A stretch of DNA of 64,000 nt. It comes from Candidatus Gottesmanbacteria bacterium RIFCSPHIGHO2_01_FULL_46_14. GTDB taxonomy: Bacteria; Patescibacteriota; Microgenomatia; UBA10105; UBA927. The translations under genes and the position numbers were made by a program. Where the stretch lies: the NCBI GenBank assembly GCA_001780895.1, contig MFJJ01000010.1:898-64897 (forward strand), read 5' to 3'. The notes below the pieces were generated by a model. That model ran no database searches, had not been told where the DNA came from, and worked only from the letters and a program-made list of their open reading frames with translations. Positions 45,915-55,846 of the stretch are shown here, one piece after another (within the stretch, counting starts at the first letter, position 1; each line of letters starts with the position of its first letter).

Positions 45915-47317
45915 GGTGCTCGGGTAACTTCCAATATAACGATGCTTTGTGCTGGCATGAGTATTTGTTTTTTTAGTCTATCACTCGTGACTATCTCTTG
46001 CGTGGACGTATTTTGTCCAAGAAAATACCTTTGCCTTATAGTGTATGTTCCCGGACTAAGATTCGTCAATGTGATAGGTACTGTTTCCGTGTGGCTGCCG
46101 TAGGGATCGAAATTAACCAGAAGTACTTTTATGGTTCCCTCCAGTACACTTGCATAACCCATTACCCACGTGCCTTCGCCAGTAAGGTTGAGTCTCGTTC
46201 CTGCCATGCCATCGAGGAAGTTGTAGACTGAATATCTGGGTTTGGTTCGTTTACCGTTACCCTCATGGGTGATGAGGCCCCATCCGTTGCCATCTTCCTG
46301 ACCCGGTCCGTCTTTTAACTGAAAAGAGAAAAGATAATCGGGGCCTCCGGAAATAAGTTGCCTAACAACGGCAGCAGTGTGGGCTGCAGCAAACATCGTG
46401 CCGTAGCGTTTGTCTTTATTACCAGTAAAACCTGCTTCTGTTATGAGAGTAGGGATAAGCGTAAATTGTGGGAAGGGGAGAAGCCAGGAGATGAGGTTTC
46501 TCTGATCTTGTTCAAATCTCCGTGGATCTTCAAGATAGGAATGCCATGAGAGAAAATCGACGCGGTTGCCGCTGGTTACCAGTGCCGTGATCCAGCTTTT
46601 GTATAGTCCGGTTGTTGCCGGTCCGCCTAAATAAAATGTGTTTGTATTTGAGGCGCGCCGCGCGCCGACAGAAGCATACCGATACAATTGAAGATAGCTT
46701 TTTTCTCCGCCAACCTTCCAGCTTCCAAACTGTGCCAAATCCGGTTCATTCCAGACTTCATAATAGACACCGCTCACGTTTTTTTCTGATCTGCCGCTAT
46801 AATGCTCGATCGTTTTTTGAACCACGAGTGCCCATTCGTCCCAATTATTCGGTGGATTGATAAGGCTTCCGCCTTGAGCAATAGCGGGAGGCATGAAAGA
46901 AAGGACGAGCATGGGTTTGGCACCGGTAGCCAGAATCGTGTTGACAGAACGGTCGAGCGAGGAAAAATCAAATGTCAGTTGATCGCCCGATCGCCCAACG
47001 ACGTTGTGATGATCATAGATATGGTCAATACGAATAATTTTTGGCCGTAATGCGGAAACCTCGCCTGCAATGGGAGCAAGCATATCTGTAGATTCTTCAC
47101 CTCCCTGAGAAAATGTGTGATAGAAGGCTGTGGGGATTGGTTCAAGCGTTGCTTTTGTATCAACAATGATATTGGCGGATTTTCCCGTTGCACGCGAGAC
47201 AAGAATGACCGTTTGATATGCGCCAAAAAGAAGAAATGGTAAAAAGAGGAGAAGTGCTGCAAGAGACACGAGAGAAGAGGTGCGCGGGGAAACCTGTTTA
47301 ATAAGATAGTTTTCCAT
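45911..47317 (-). CDS. GH39-like glycoside hydrolase, membrane-anchored
   Basis: YEVWNEPD, LGGPA, DFLSWHSY, LITE. Confidence 0.75.
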   Translation of the reverse strand: MENYLIKQVSPRTSSLVSLAALLLFLPFLLFGAYQTVILVSRATGKSANIIVDTKATLEPIPTAFYHTFSQGGEESTDMLAPIAGEVSALRPKIIRIDHIYDHHNVVGRSGDQLTFDFSSLDRSVNTILATGAKPMLVLSFMPPAIAQGGSLINPPNNWDEWALVVQKTIEHYSGRSEKNVSGVYYEVWNEPDLAQFGSWKVGGEKSYLQLYRYASVGARRASNTNTFYLGGPATTGLYKSWITALVTSGNRVDFLSWHSYLEDPRRFEQDQRNLISWLLPFPQFTLIPTLITEAGFTGNKDKRYGTMFAAAHTAAVVRQLISGGPDYLFSFQLKDGPGQEDGNGWGLITHEGNGKRTKPRYSVYNFLDGMAGTRLNLTGEGTWVMGYASVLEGTIKVLLVNFDPYGSHTETVPITLTNLSPGTYTIRQRYFLGQNTSTQEIVTSDRLKKQILMPAQSIVILEVTRAP

Positions 47318-48284
47318 AGACAATACCAAAACTGATAAGGATTAACGCTAAAGTTATGACTAAAATTGTCGGCTCTGCGCTGCCGGAAACCGGTACCCCG
47401 GAGTCTGTGGCAACAACAAATGATTCGGTGGCCGTGTCGCTGCCGTCGCCAGCTGTGGCGACAATGGTATGGGGACCGGGTTCGAGTGGAGTTTGGGGTG
47501 TATATACCCAATTGCCGTTGGCGTCTGCAGTGACGATAACGGTGGATGGGGTCGAGTAAATCGTGAGAGTAACTTTTGAACCGGGAGCGGCCTTTCCTTT
47601 GATCGTTGGTCTGTCGCGTTGCGCTGCGGAGCTCGCTGTGGGTGTCGTAATATCCAAAACAGCGGAAGCGGAGGCTTCAGCTGAGAGAGAGGCATCTATT
47701 TCATCGTTGAGACTAAGACTTGCCGAGGGGGTTGCGGCCGGTCCTGTACGGTCAGTCGATGCCCCCGTAATCGTAATTTTTCCCGGCGTCGTACCGGTCA
47801 ATACATTTGTCGATCCTTCTCCAAGGCCACTTACGAGCGTAGTACTTGCAAAACTTACGGTAATCGGTGTACTCGTGGGAGCAAGCGCTTTAAATCGGAC
47901 AACCGCTACTGTTCCCTGGCCATGAACCGGTTGGGCATTGCTGGGCGCTCCGACCGTGATGGACGCTGTACCTGCCTCCACAAGTCCCGACGTTAAGACG
48001 TTGGGGAAAAGGGCGCCGTTGGTAAGCGTAATCGCCTCAAGTTTTTCCGGATCAAAGGCGATATGGAGCTCAGTTGCAATTACCTGGTTGTCGCCGGTAT
48101 TGATATGCACTTCCATAGAAAATTCACTCCCAACCGCTTTGGCGGTTGATGCCGGAGAAAAAGCAAGCGTCGTGGCTGGCGCTGCTTTTTTGCGCAACTC
48201 CTGTCTCTGAGAGACCAAATAAATCGTTACTGGTATTGCGACCATGACGACAAGAATACTCACCATAAGAAGGAGTTTTTTCAT
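47298..48284 (-). CDS. cohesin-like plus Ig-like surface protein with ELRKKAA and VPVSG-TM
   Basis: VGSEF...I.FDPEKL...G.VAVVRFKA cohesin pattern; ADANGNW. Confidence 0.7.
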   Translation of the reverse strand: MKKLLLMVSILVVMVAIPVTIYLVSQRQELRKKAAPATTLAFSPASTAKAVGSEFSMEVHINTGDNQVIATELHIAFDPEKLEAITLTNGALFPNVLTSGLVEAGTASITVGAPSNAQPVHGQGTVAVVRFKALAPTSTPITVSFASTTLVSGLGEGSTNVLTGTTPGKITITGASTDRTGPAATPSASLSLNDEIDASLSAEASASAVLDITTPTASSAAQRDRPTIKGKAAPGSKVTLTIYSTPSTVIVTADANGNWVYTPQTPLEPGPHTIVATAGDGSDTATESFVVATDSGVPVSGSAEPTILVITLALILISFGIVYGKLSY

Positions 48285-48315
48285 CTATAAACTATTATGT
48301 GTGAAAAAATCTCTA

Positions 48316-48352
48316 TTGACAAGGGTTAGCACTCGATGTATAGTACTGCTAA
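48316..48352 (+). promoter_or_regulatory. hrcA promoter overlapped by a CIRCE element
   Basis: TTGACA 48316, 17 nt, TATAGT 48339; TTAGCACTC-N9-TACTGCTAA 48326-48352 (2 mismatches to the CIRCE consensus). Confidence 0.88.
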
Positions 48353-48361
48353 TTCTAGATT

Positions 48362-49096
48362 ATGGATCAAATATCCAATCTTTCAGACCGTCAACTTCAT
48401 ATCCTCAAAGCAATTATCGAGGAATATATTGCAACTGCACAACCCGTTGGTTCAGAGACGCTCGATAAAAAGTACAACCTGGGAGTTTCTCCTGCAACTA
48501 TCCGCAATGAAATGGCCCGGCTTGCTGATATGAAGCTCCTCAACCAGCCCCACACGTCTGCGGGTCGAACACCCACCCCGGTAGCACTCAAGTATTACGT
48601 CGAAAACCTCATGAAAACCAAAGATATGTCCGTGGCAGATGAAGTTTCCGTCAAAGAAAAGATTTGGGATTACCGGCAGGAAGTGGATAAACTCCTTCGG
48701 GAGGCAACCAAGACGTTGGCGGAAAAAACAAAAGCACTTGCTGTTACTGCAACTGGTGATGGAGACCTCTATTACTCGGGAGCCGCCAATATCCTTGACA
48801 TGCCCGAATTTTACGACTTTGAGCTCACCCATCATTTATTGGCAGCGCTGGACCGATATGATTTTTGGTGGGACCTTCTGGAAGCCAATCAAGATCCGTT
48901 CTCTATTCTTCTTGGCGAAGAGTTTGGAGCGCGCAGTATGCTTGATCAATGCGGCTATGTCTACGCAAAGTTTACAACGCCGCATTTATCCGGATCAATC
49001 GGCGTCGTTGGCCCTTCCAGATTAAACTATCAATATGTTATTCCTGTTGTTCGCTATTTAGGTGGACTCATCGATGAAATGGGGAGAAACTGGTGA
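48362..49096 (+). CDS. hrcA: heat-inducible repressor HrcA (short form)
   Basis: IIEEYI.TAQPVGS, SPATIRNEM, PHTSAGRTPT, IGVVGPSRLNY. Confidence 0.95.
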   Translation: MDQISNLSDRQLHILKAIIEEYIATAQPVGSETLDKKYNLGVSPATIRNEMARLADMKLLNQPHTSAGRTPTPVALKYYVENLMKTKDMSVADEVSVKEKIWDYRQEVDKLLREATKTLAEKTKALAVTATGDGDLYYSGAANILDMPEFYDFELTHHLLAALDRYDFWWDLLEANQDPFSILLGEEFGARSMLDQCGYVYAKFTTPHLSGSIGVVGPSRLNYQYVIPVVRYLGGLIDEMGRNW

Positions 49097-49506
49097 AAAA
49101 ACAAGTCGATCAACCCAGTGAAGAATGGAAAAATAAATATTTGCGGGCGCTTGCTGATTATCAGAACCTTGAGAAACGCACGCGCGATGAAATTGGTGAA
49201 GTAAGAAAATTTGCCTCCGAAGTGGTTTTAGCGAGATTGCTGCCCGTTGTAGATACATTGAAAAAGGCCAAGGATCATATTAAGGATCCCGGATTAGATT
49301 TAACATATAAGGAACTCCTTGCTGTTCTTGAAGAGCAGGGAGTTGAAAAAATTGAGATCGTCGGGCGTCAATTTAACCCGCATGAAATGGAATGTATAGA
49401 GGTTATTGAGGGTAAAAACGACGAAGTCGTCGAAGAGGTATTGCCAGGATATCGATTTAGAGGGAAAATAATAAGAGTGGCCCAGGTAAAAGTAGGAAAG
49501 GAGTAA
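49093..49506 (+). CDS. grpE: GrpE
   Basis: [21 protein letters not shown]....IRVAQVKV. Confidence 0.95.
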   Translation: MKKQVDQPSEEWKNKYLRALADYQNLEKRTRDEIGEVRKFASEVVLARLLPVVDTLKKAKDHIKDPGLDLTYKELLAVLEEQGVEKIEIVGRQFNPHEMECIEVIEGKNDEVVEEVLPGYRFRGKIIRVAQVKVGKE

Positions 49507-49513
49507 AAAATAT

Positions 49514-51421
49514 ATGGCAAAAATAATTGGTATAGATCTTGGAACGACAAATTCCTGTGTTGCAGTTATGGAGGGGGGAGCTCCCAAAGTGATTCATTCC
49601 GCCGAGGGGAGAAACGTTATCCCCTCTGTCGTTGATCCCATCAAAAATATTGTTGGGGATGTAGCAAAGCGGCAGATGGTGATTAACCCGAAGTCGACGA
49701 TATTTTCCGTCAAGCGCTTGATGGGGCGAAAGTACTCTGATTCAAGCGTTCAGACTGACAGTAAGTGGCTTCCGTATACGATAAAAGCTGGAAAGAATGA
49801 TATGGCCGTTGTGGAAGTGGAAGGTCGCCAGTTTACGCCACAGGAAATTTCAGCAAAAATTCTTTCTAAAATCAAAGCTGATGCCGAGAAATATTTGGGG
49901 GATACCGTCAAGCAAGCGGTCATTACGGTTCCTGCCTATTTTGATGACAGTCAGCGGCAAGCAACCAAACAGGCGGGTGAGATTGCCGGGCTTGAAGTCC
50001 TTCGTATTCTCAATGAGCCTACGGCAGCAGCCCTTGCGTATGGGTTAGATAAGAAAAATGTTCATACGATTGCCGTCTATGATTTGGGTGGCGGCACGTT
50101 TGACATTTCTATTTTAGAGCTGGGTGAGGGGGTCTATGAAGTAAAAGCCACCAACGGCGATACGCATCTAGGCGGCGATGATTTTGACAAAAAGATTTTG
50201 GATTGGATTGCAGATGAGTTTAAGAAAGAACACGGTGTCGATTTGCGAAAAGATCCGCAGGCCCTCCAAAGACTTCGCGACGCGGCAGAGAAAGCAAAGA
50301 TCGAACTCTCTAGCTCAATGGAAACCGAGATTAATCTTCCGTTCATAACCCAGGGCAAAGAAGGGCCGCTCCATTTAGTGATGAAGCTCTCGCGGTCTAA
50401 GCTCGAGCAAATTGTTGACGACCTCATCGTTAAATCCATTGAACCGGTTAAAAAGTGTCTGTCAGACGCCAAAATGAAAACGAGCGATATTAGCGAAGTG
50501 GTTATGGTTGGAGGAATGACGCGGATGCCCAAGGTTTTTGAGACGGTCAAGAGTTTTTTTGGTAAGGATCCCAATCGGTCTGTTAACCCAGATGAAGTGG
50601 TTGCAGTCGGCGCGGCGGTACAGGCAGGAGTCTTGGCTGGCGACGTGAAGGACGTCGTTTTACTTGATGTAACGCCATTGACATTGGGCGTAGAGACGCT
50701 TGGCGGCGTATCGACACCGCTTATCGTCAGAAACACCACGGTTCCGACGAGCAAATCAGAGATTTTTTCAACAGCCGCTGATAGCCAGACATCGGTTGAA
50801 ATTAATGTCCTTCAGGGAGAGCGACCGATGGCAGCAGACAATAAATCGCTCGGACGATTTGTGCTTTCGGGTATTCCGCCGGCGCCTCGCGGGGTTCCGC
50901 AGGTCGAGGTTACCTTTGATATCGACGCAAGTGGAATTCTTAATGTGACGGCCAAAGACAAGGCAAGCGGCAAGGTCAGTACGATAAAGATTACCGGATC
51001 AACCGGTCTATCCAAAGACGAAGTTAGTAAGATGAGGAAAGAGGCAGAGGAGCATGCTGCGGAAGACACAGAGAAAAAAGAAAAGATCGAGGTCAGAAAC
51101 CGCGCTGACAATTTGATATATACGGCCGAGAAGACATTGAAAGATATGGGTGACAAGGTCAAAGAAGAAGATAAGAAGGCTGTTGAAGAGAAGAGCAAAG
51201 CGCTCAAAGATATCTTGGAGACGGGATCAAGGGAGGATATTGAAGCCAAAACCAATGAACTGTCTGAAGCGGTCCAAAAAGTCGGCGCCGCAGCGTACGC
51301 GCAGCAGCCAGCTGACAGCTCCCAGCAATCAGCAGGACAAACCGATGATTCTGGAAATGGAAAGAAAAAAGACGAGAAAAAAGATGAAAAGAAAGTGGAG
51401 GAAGGGGAAGTGGTGAGCTAA
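49514..51421 (+). CDS. dnaK: DnaK
   Basis: [30 protein letters not shown]. Confidence 0.98.
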   Translation: MAKIIGIDLGTTNSCVAVMEGGAPKVIHSAEGRNVIPSVVDPIKNIVGDVAKRQMVINPKSTIFSVKRLMGRKYSDSSVQTDSKWLPYTIKAGKNDMAVVEVEGRQFTPQEISAKILSKIKADAEKYLGDTVKQAVITVPAYFDDSQRQATKQAGEIAGLEVLRILNEPTAAALAYGLDKKNVHTIAVYDLGGGTFDISILELGEGVYEVKATNGDTHLGGDDFDKKILDWIADEFKKEHGVDLRKDPQALQRLRDAAEKAKIELSSSMETEINLPFITQGKEGPLHLVMKLSRSKLEQIVDDLIVKSIEPVKKCLSDAKMKTSDISEVVMVGGMTRMPKVFETVKSFFGKDPNRSVNPDEVVAVGAAVQAGVLAGDVKDVVLLDVTPLTLGVETLGGVSTPLIVRNTTVPTSKSEIFSTAADSQTSVEINVLQGERPMAADNKSLGRFVLSGIPPAPRGVPQVEVTFDIDASGILNVTAKDKASGKVSTIKITGSTGLSKDEVSKMRKEAEEHAAEDTEKKEKIEVRNRADNLIYTAEKTLKDMGDKVKEEDKKAVEEKSKALKDILETGSREDIEAKTNELSEAVQKVGAAAYAQQPADSSQQSAGQTDDSGNGKKKDEKKDEKKVEEGEVVS

Positions 51422-51424
51422 AAT

Positions 51425-51651
51425 ATGGAACGATCTCTAGTTGCTCTTACTCCAGAGAAGGCATCAAATCAGTTATTCCAATTAGGGTACGATAAAATTG
51501 AGAATGTACCAGTTGGTAGGGGTAATGATTATCTAACAGCTTTGGTAAAAATAGCGGGGGGGGGGCATATCAAGGTATTGATATAGGTACAGTAATGAAA
51601 ATTATTCATACTGAAAATAACGCGAGAGAAAATACACAGGACAGACCGTAA
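51425..51651 (+). pseudogene. small ORF interrupted at a G10 tract
   Basis: 53-aa ORF ending at 51586; adding one G extends it to 75 aa ending at 51651. Confidence 0.35.
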
Positions 51652-51721
51652 GAAAAACTATTGTAAGATGTTAGGGCGCGCGGGAGCGCGCCTATTTAGT
51701 ATAATTAAAGAAATTTTGGAT

Positions 51722-52243
51722 ATGAAAAAACAAAAACGCCGTGTTGTCTATTCATTTATAGACAGTCAAAACTTGAACCTCGGTACAAGCAAGGACATCA
51801 ATCGTCAAGGAAAACGGATTTATACTGGCTGGAAACTTGACTTTAAAAAATTCAGACAGTATCTCAAGGACAAGTTCCGCGTAAATAAAGCCTTTTTATT
51901 CATTGGTTACATTCCCCAACATAAACCATTGTATAGATATCTCCGTTCTTGTGGATATGAAATGGTATACAAACCGACAGTGAAAGATGATCAAGGAAAA
52001 CCAAAAGGAAATGTTGATGCAGAACTCGTACTTCATGCCGCAGCCATTGAATTTACACGGTATGAAAAGGCAGTCATTGTTGCAGGCGACGGTGATTATC
52101 GGTGTCTTTATGAGTTTCTGATAAAACGTGGCAAACTGCTTCGAATTGTTATCCCAAATTCAAAGACTGAGTCGTCACTTCTTAAGCCTTTCCAAGCGTA
52201 CAAAACGTTTCTTGAAAATGAGAAGCAAAAGTTAAAGATCTAA
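51722..52243 (+). CDS. NYN (PIN-like) domain ribonuclease
   Basis: FIDSQNL, KGNVDAELV, VAGDGDY. Confidence 0.88.
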   Translation: MKKQKRRVVYSFIDSQNLNLGTSKDINRQGKRIYTGWKLDFKKFRQYLKDKFRVNKAFLFIGYIPQHKPLYRYLRSCGYEMVYKPTVKDDQGKPKGNVDAELVLHAAAIEFTRYEKAVIVAGDGDYRCLYEFLIKRGKLLRIVIPNSKTESSLLKPFQAYKTFLENEKQKLKI

Positions 52244-52244
52244 C

Positions 52245-52305
52245 CATTAAAATTGGGAGGCGTTACTTATAACACGTAGTCATAAGCTCGTTTCTCCCTG
52301 ATGAT
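52245..52305 (-). ncRNA. candidate ~60-nt structured sRNA convergent on the NYN gene
   Basis: Minus-strand TTGATT-17-TATAAT (52340-52312); nested stems; no sizeable ORF. Confidence 0.5.
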
Positions 52306-52362
52306 GAATCTATTATATAACACAAAAGCAAGTAAATCAAAATATCCATAAATTTACGTATT

Positions 52363-53244
52363 ATGGCAACAAAAAGAGATTACTATGAAGTTTTAGGGGT
52401 TTCGAAGAATGCTTCAAGCGCAGAAATTAAGGCTGCATACAGGAAACTTGCGCTGGAGTGGCATCCGGATAGGAACAAAGCGGCCAATGCCAACGAAAAA
52501 TTTAAAGAGATTAATGAAGCCTACGCGGTGCTTTCTGATGATAAAAAAAAGCAAACGTATGACCAGTTCGGACATGCTGCCTTTCAGCCGGGAATGGGGG
52601 GGCAGTCCCGCGAAGCGGGATCCGGCTTCGCCGGACAAGGTCCTTTTTCCTATTATTATTCCACCAATGGTGGCGCTTCGCCGTTTGGTGACATAGGCCT
52701 CGATCCGTTTGAAATTTTTGAACAATTCTTTGGCGGCGGTTTCGGACGAACGTCCGCCCGTCGGCAAAGACAGGTCTATGAGATTAATATCGATTTTATG
52801 GAAGCGGCAAAAGGCGTTACTAAAGAGGTTCATGTGCCGCGAGGTCAGGCAGGGGATGGGTCAGTCAGAAAAACGATTAAGATTCCGGCTGGTGTTGATT
52901 CCGGCTCGCGCGTTCGTTTTGACGACTTTGACATCGTTGTTGATGTAGTACCAGACAAGCAATTTAAGCGCGAAGGTGACGATATCATCGTTGAAAAAGA
53001 GATTTCCTACTCCCAAGCTGCTCTTGGAGATACGATTGAAGTGCCGACTATTGATGGAGGGCTCCATATTCGCATTCAACCCGGTACCCGACCCGGCACA
53101 CTTATTCGCCTTCGCGGTCGAGGCGTCCCGCATGTTGGTGGCTCGGGTCGCGGCGACGAATACGTCCGCATCCAAATCAAAATCCCCACGCACCTCTCGC
53201 GTCGTCAGCGTGAACTCCTCGAAGAACTTGAGGAGATTGACTGA
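52363..53244 (+). CDS. dnaJ: DnaJ-family chaperone lacking the zinc finger
   Basis: J domain with HPD, G/F region, C-terminal domains; no CxxCxGxG repeats. Confidence 0.9.
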   Translation: MATKRDYYEVLGVSKNASSAEIKAAYRKLALEWHPDRNKAANANEKFKEINEAYAVLSDDKKKQTYDQFGHAAFQPGMGGQSREAGSGFAGQGPFSYYYSTNGGASPFGDIGLDPFEIFEQFFGGGFGRTSARRQRQVYEINIDFMEAAKGVTKEVHVPRGQAGDGSVRKTIKIPAGVDSGSRVRFDDFDIVVDVVPDKQFKREGDDIIVEKEISYSQAALGDTIEVPTIDGGLHIRIQPGTRPGTLIRLRGRGVPHVGGSGRGDEYVRIQIKIPTHLSRRQRELLEELEEID

Positions 53245-53310
53245 ACGCATGTAGGCGCTATATAATAAGGAAGTGTTTTGAGGAAAAGGTGGGATAGCCC
53301 ACCTTTTTTA
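53237..53310 (+). promoter_or_regulatory. nusA promoter and leader terminator hairpin
   Basis: TTGACT-18-TATAAT; AAAAGGTGGG-ATAG-CCCACCTTTT-TT 53284-53309. Confidence 0.75.
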
Positions 53311-53322
53311 TTAAGAAAACCT

Positions 53323-54351
53323 ATGCCAGCAATCGTACGAAGTGAATTTGCATTAGCCTTAAATCAAGTCGCCACAGAGCGTGGGATTGATCCATCTGTG
53401 GTTCTCGAGACGATTAAGGCCGCTATTTTGGCTGCCTATCGAAAAGACTACGGGGCTGAAGAGCTCGAGCTTTTGACCGTGGATCTCAACCCCGATACGG
53501 GTGAATCGAAGGTACTCAAAGAAGGCCGCGACGTAACCCCACCAGGTTTTGGCCGTATTGCCGCCCAAACTGCTAAGCAAGTGATTCTCCAACGCATCCG
53601 TGAAGCAGAAAAACAAGCGGTATTAGCTGATTTTCAGACAAAGGTAGGTTCGATTGTGCCTGGTATGGTGCTTCGCTTTGACGGGCCGAACGTGATTGTT
53701 GATATAGGTCGTACGCAGGCAGTCATGCCGCCCCAAGAGCAAAATCAGGGAGAGCGGTATCACCTCAATGGTCGTCTCACTTTTTATATCGAGGGTATCC
53801 GCGAGACGATGCGCGGTAATGAGATCATCGTTTCCCGAGCACACAAAGGACTTGTTGAGGGACTGTTTAAGCGGGAAGTGCCGGAAGTAGCTTCAGGAGC
53901 AGTAGAACTTCGTGTTATAGCCAGAGAACCCGGCGGAAGAACAAAAGTCGCGGTATATTCTACCCAATCAGGTGTTGATCCCGTGGGATCTTGTGTTGGA
54001 CAAAAAGGTGTTCGCGTTCAGGCGGTCATTGGTGAGCTTGGCATTAATGAAAAGGTTGATATTATCCAGTGGAGCGATGATGCCCATCAGCTGATTACCG
54101 CAGCGTTGGCTCCGGCAAAAGATCTTGAGGTTATTTTAAACGAAAAAAAGAAATCAGCAGAAGTACTTGTGCCGGAAGATCAACTTTCATTAGCCATTGG
54201 TCGTGATGGGCAGAACGTTCGTTTAGCCGCAAAGCTCACGGGTTGGAAAATCGATATACGAGGAAAAGGCGGCAAAGCGGCATCAACGCAAAATACGAAC
54301 GATGATACTGCAGATCCCAAAAACAAGAAAAAAAAGCCAGCAAGCGAGTAG
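53323..54351 (+). CDS. nusA: NusA
   Basis: FGRIAAQTAKQVILQRIREAE, AREPG.RTK, SLAIGRDGQNVRLA. Confidence 0.97.
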   Translation: MPAIVRSEFALALNQVATERGIDPSVVLETIKAAILAAYRKDYGAEELELLTVDLNPDTGESKVLKEGRDVTPPGFGRIAAQTAKQVILQRIREAEKQAVLADFQTKVGSIVPGMVLRFDGPNVIVDIGRTQAVMPPQEQNQGERYHLNGRLTFYIEGIRETMRGNEIIVSRAHKGLVEGLFKREVPEVASGAVELRVIAREPGGRTKVAVYSTQSGVDPVGSCVGQKGVRVQAVIGELGINEKVDIIQWSDDAHQLITAALAPAKDLEVILNEKKKSAEVLVPEDQLSLAIGRDGQNVRLAAKLTGWKIDIRGKGGKAASTQNTNDDTADPKNKKKKPASE

Positions 54352-54361
54352 CGTATGAAAT

Positions 54362-55843
54362 ATGAAATCAAAAAAGCAAATCCAATCTGTCTCTTCCCGA
54401 CCCGCCTCGCCGGCAGGCAGGCCACCCATCGTCGCGGTACTCGGCCACGTTGACCACGGAAAAACTACCCTTCTTGATTACATCAGAAAAGCAAATGTTG
54501 CCTCCCATGAGCATGGAGGCATAACGCAACATATCGGGGCGTATCAGGTAGAAACGAATAGCAGACTCATTACCTTCATTGATACCCCAGGGCATGAGGC
54601 GTTTGCCAAGATGAGATCCCGGGGAGCGTCGGCAGCGGATATCGCGATCCTGGTCGTGGCAGCCGACGATAGTGTCAAACCCCAAACGAAAGAGTCGATT
54701 GAGCAAATTAAGGCCGCACATGTCCCTATGGTTGTGGCGGTCAATAAGATTGATCTTCCGGGTGCTACTGTCGATCGCGTTAAGAAAGATTTGGCGAAAG
54801 TTGGGGTTCAGGTAGAAGGCTTTGGAGGAGATGTTCCTATCGTCTCTGTATCAGCGAAACAAGGAACTGGTATTGTCGAGCTCCTCGACATGATTCTTTT
54901 GGTTTCGGACATGAAGGGACTCGAAGGATCGCCGGACGCGCCGTTTCTAGCCCACGTCATTGAGACACGTTTGGATAAGGGTCGGGGTATGGTAGCAACG
55001 CTCATTATCAAAAGCGGGACACTGCGATCGGGCATGGTGCTGTTTGAGGGAGACCGCCAAATAGCAAAAGTTCGGGCGTGTTTCGACGAATATGGAAAAG
55101 GAGTTTCCGAAGCGCTTCCCAGTAAGCCAGTCGAGGTTCTTGGATTTACGATACTTCCAACCATCGGTACGGTTGTTTCCAACGAGCCTGGAGTTTCTGT
55201 TGTGACTGTACCCAAAAAGAAATTAACCAATGATATGCCTGATTTTCTCAAACCCATGGAAGAGGAAGAACAGAAACTAAAAATAATCCTCAAAGCAGAT
55301 ACTGCAGGAAGCTTAGAAGCAATTGGCGCTTCATTACCAAAGGGAGTTACGGTGGTAAGTACGGGAATTGGGGACGTCGGTGAAGCAGATGTACTTCTGG
55401 GCAAATCCTCGGGGTCTATCGTCATAGGATTTAACGTAGGAACCAAGCCGGCTGTCGTTAAACTTGCCCAAACGGAAAAGGTGATTTTTCGATCATACAC
55501 CATTATTTATGAACTCCTTGATGAGGTTAATGATGTCGTATCGGGCCTTAAAGTCGCTCTTGTGGAAGAGCGGGAGCTCGGAGTGGGGAAAGTAATTGCG
55601 GAGTTTCCGTTTGAAAAAGATCGGATTGCCGGAATAAAAGTCGTTTCTGGGAGGCTCGCCAAAGGCGATAGCGTCAAGATTATGCGAGGTGAATCGGAGA
55701 TTGGGCGGGCAAAAATCAAATCATTGCGGCACGGAAAAGACAATATAACGAAGGCCGAGCAGAGTAACGAATGCGGTGTTCTATTCGACCAAAAACTTGA
55801 TTTTACTATAGGAGATGGTATAATCGCTGTCACTATAGGATAG
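54362..55843 (+). CDS. infB: translation initiation factor IF-2 (short form)
   Basis: GHVDHGKT, GGITQHIGAY, DTPGHEAF, NKID. Confidence 0.97.
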   Translation: MKSKKQIQSVSSRPASPAGRPPIVAVLGHVDHGKTTLLDYIRKANVASHEHGGITQHIGAYQVETNSRLITFIDTPGHEAFAKMRSRGASAADIAILVVAADDSVKPQTKESIEQIKAAHVPMVVAVNKIDLPGATVDRVKKDLAKVGVQVEGFGGDVPIVSVSAKQGTGIVELLDMILLVSDMKGLEGSPDAPFLAHVIETRLDKGRGMVATLIIKSGTLRSGMVLFEGDRQIAKVRACFDEYGKGVSEALPSKPVEVLGFTILPTIGTVVSNEPGVSVVTVPKKKLTNDMPDFLKPMEEEEQKLKIILKADTAGSLEAIGASLPKGVTVVSTGIGDVGEADVLLGKSSGSIVIGFNVGTKPAVVKLAQTEKVIFRSYTIIYELLDEVNDVVSGLKVALVEERELGVGKVIAEFPFEKDRIAGIKVVSGRLAKGDSVKIMRGESEIGRAKIKSLRHGKDNITKAEQSNECGVLFDQKLDFTIGDGIIAVTIG

Positions 55844-55846
55844 ACT

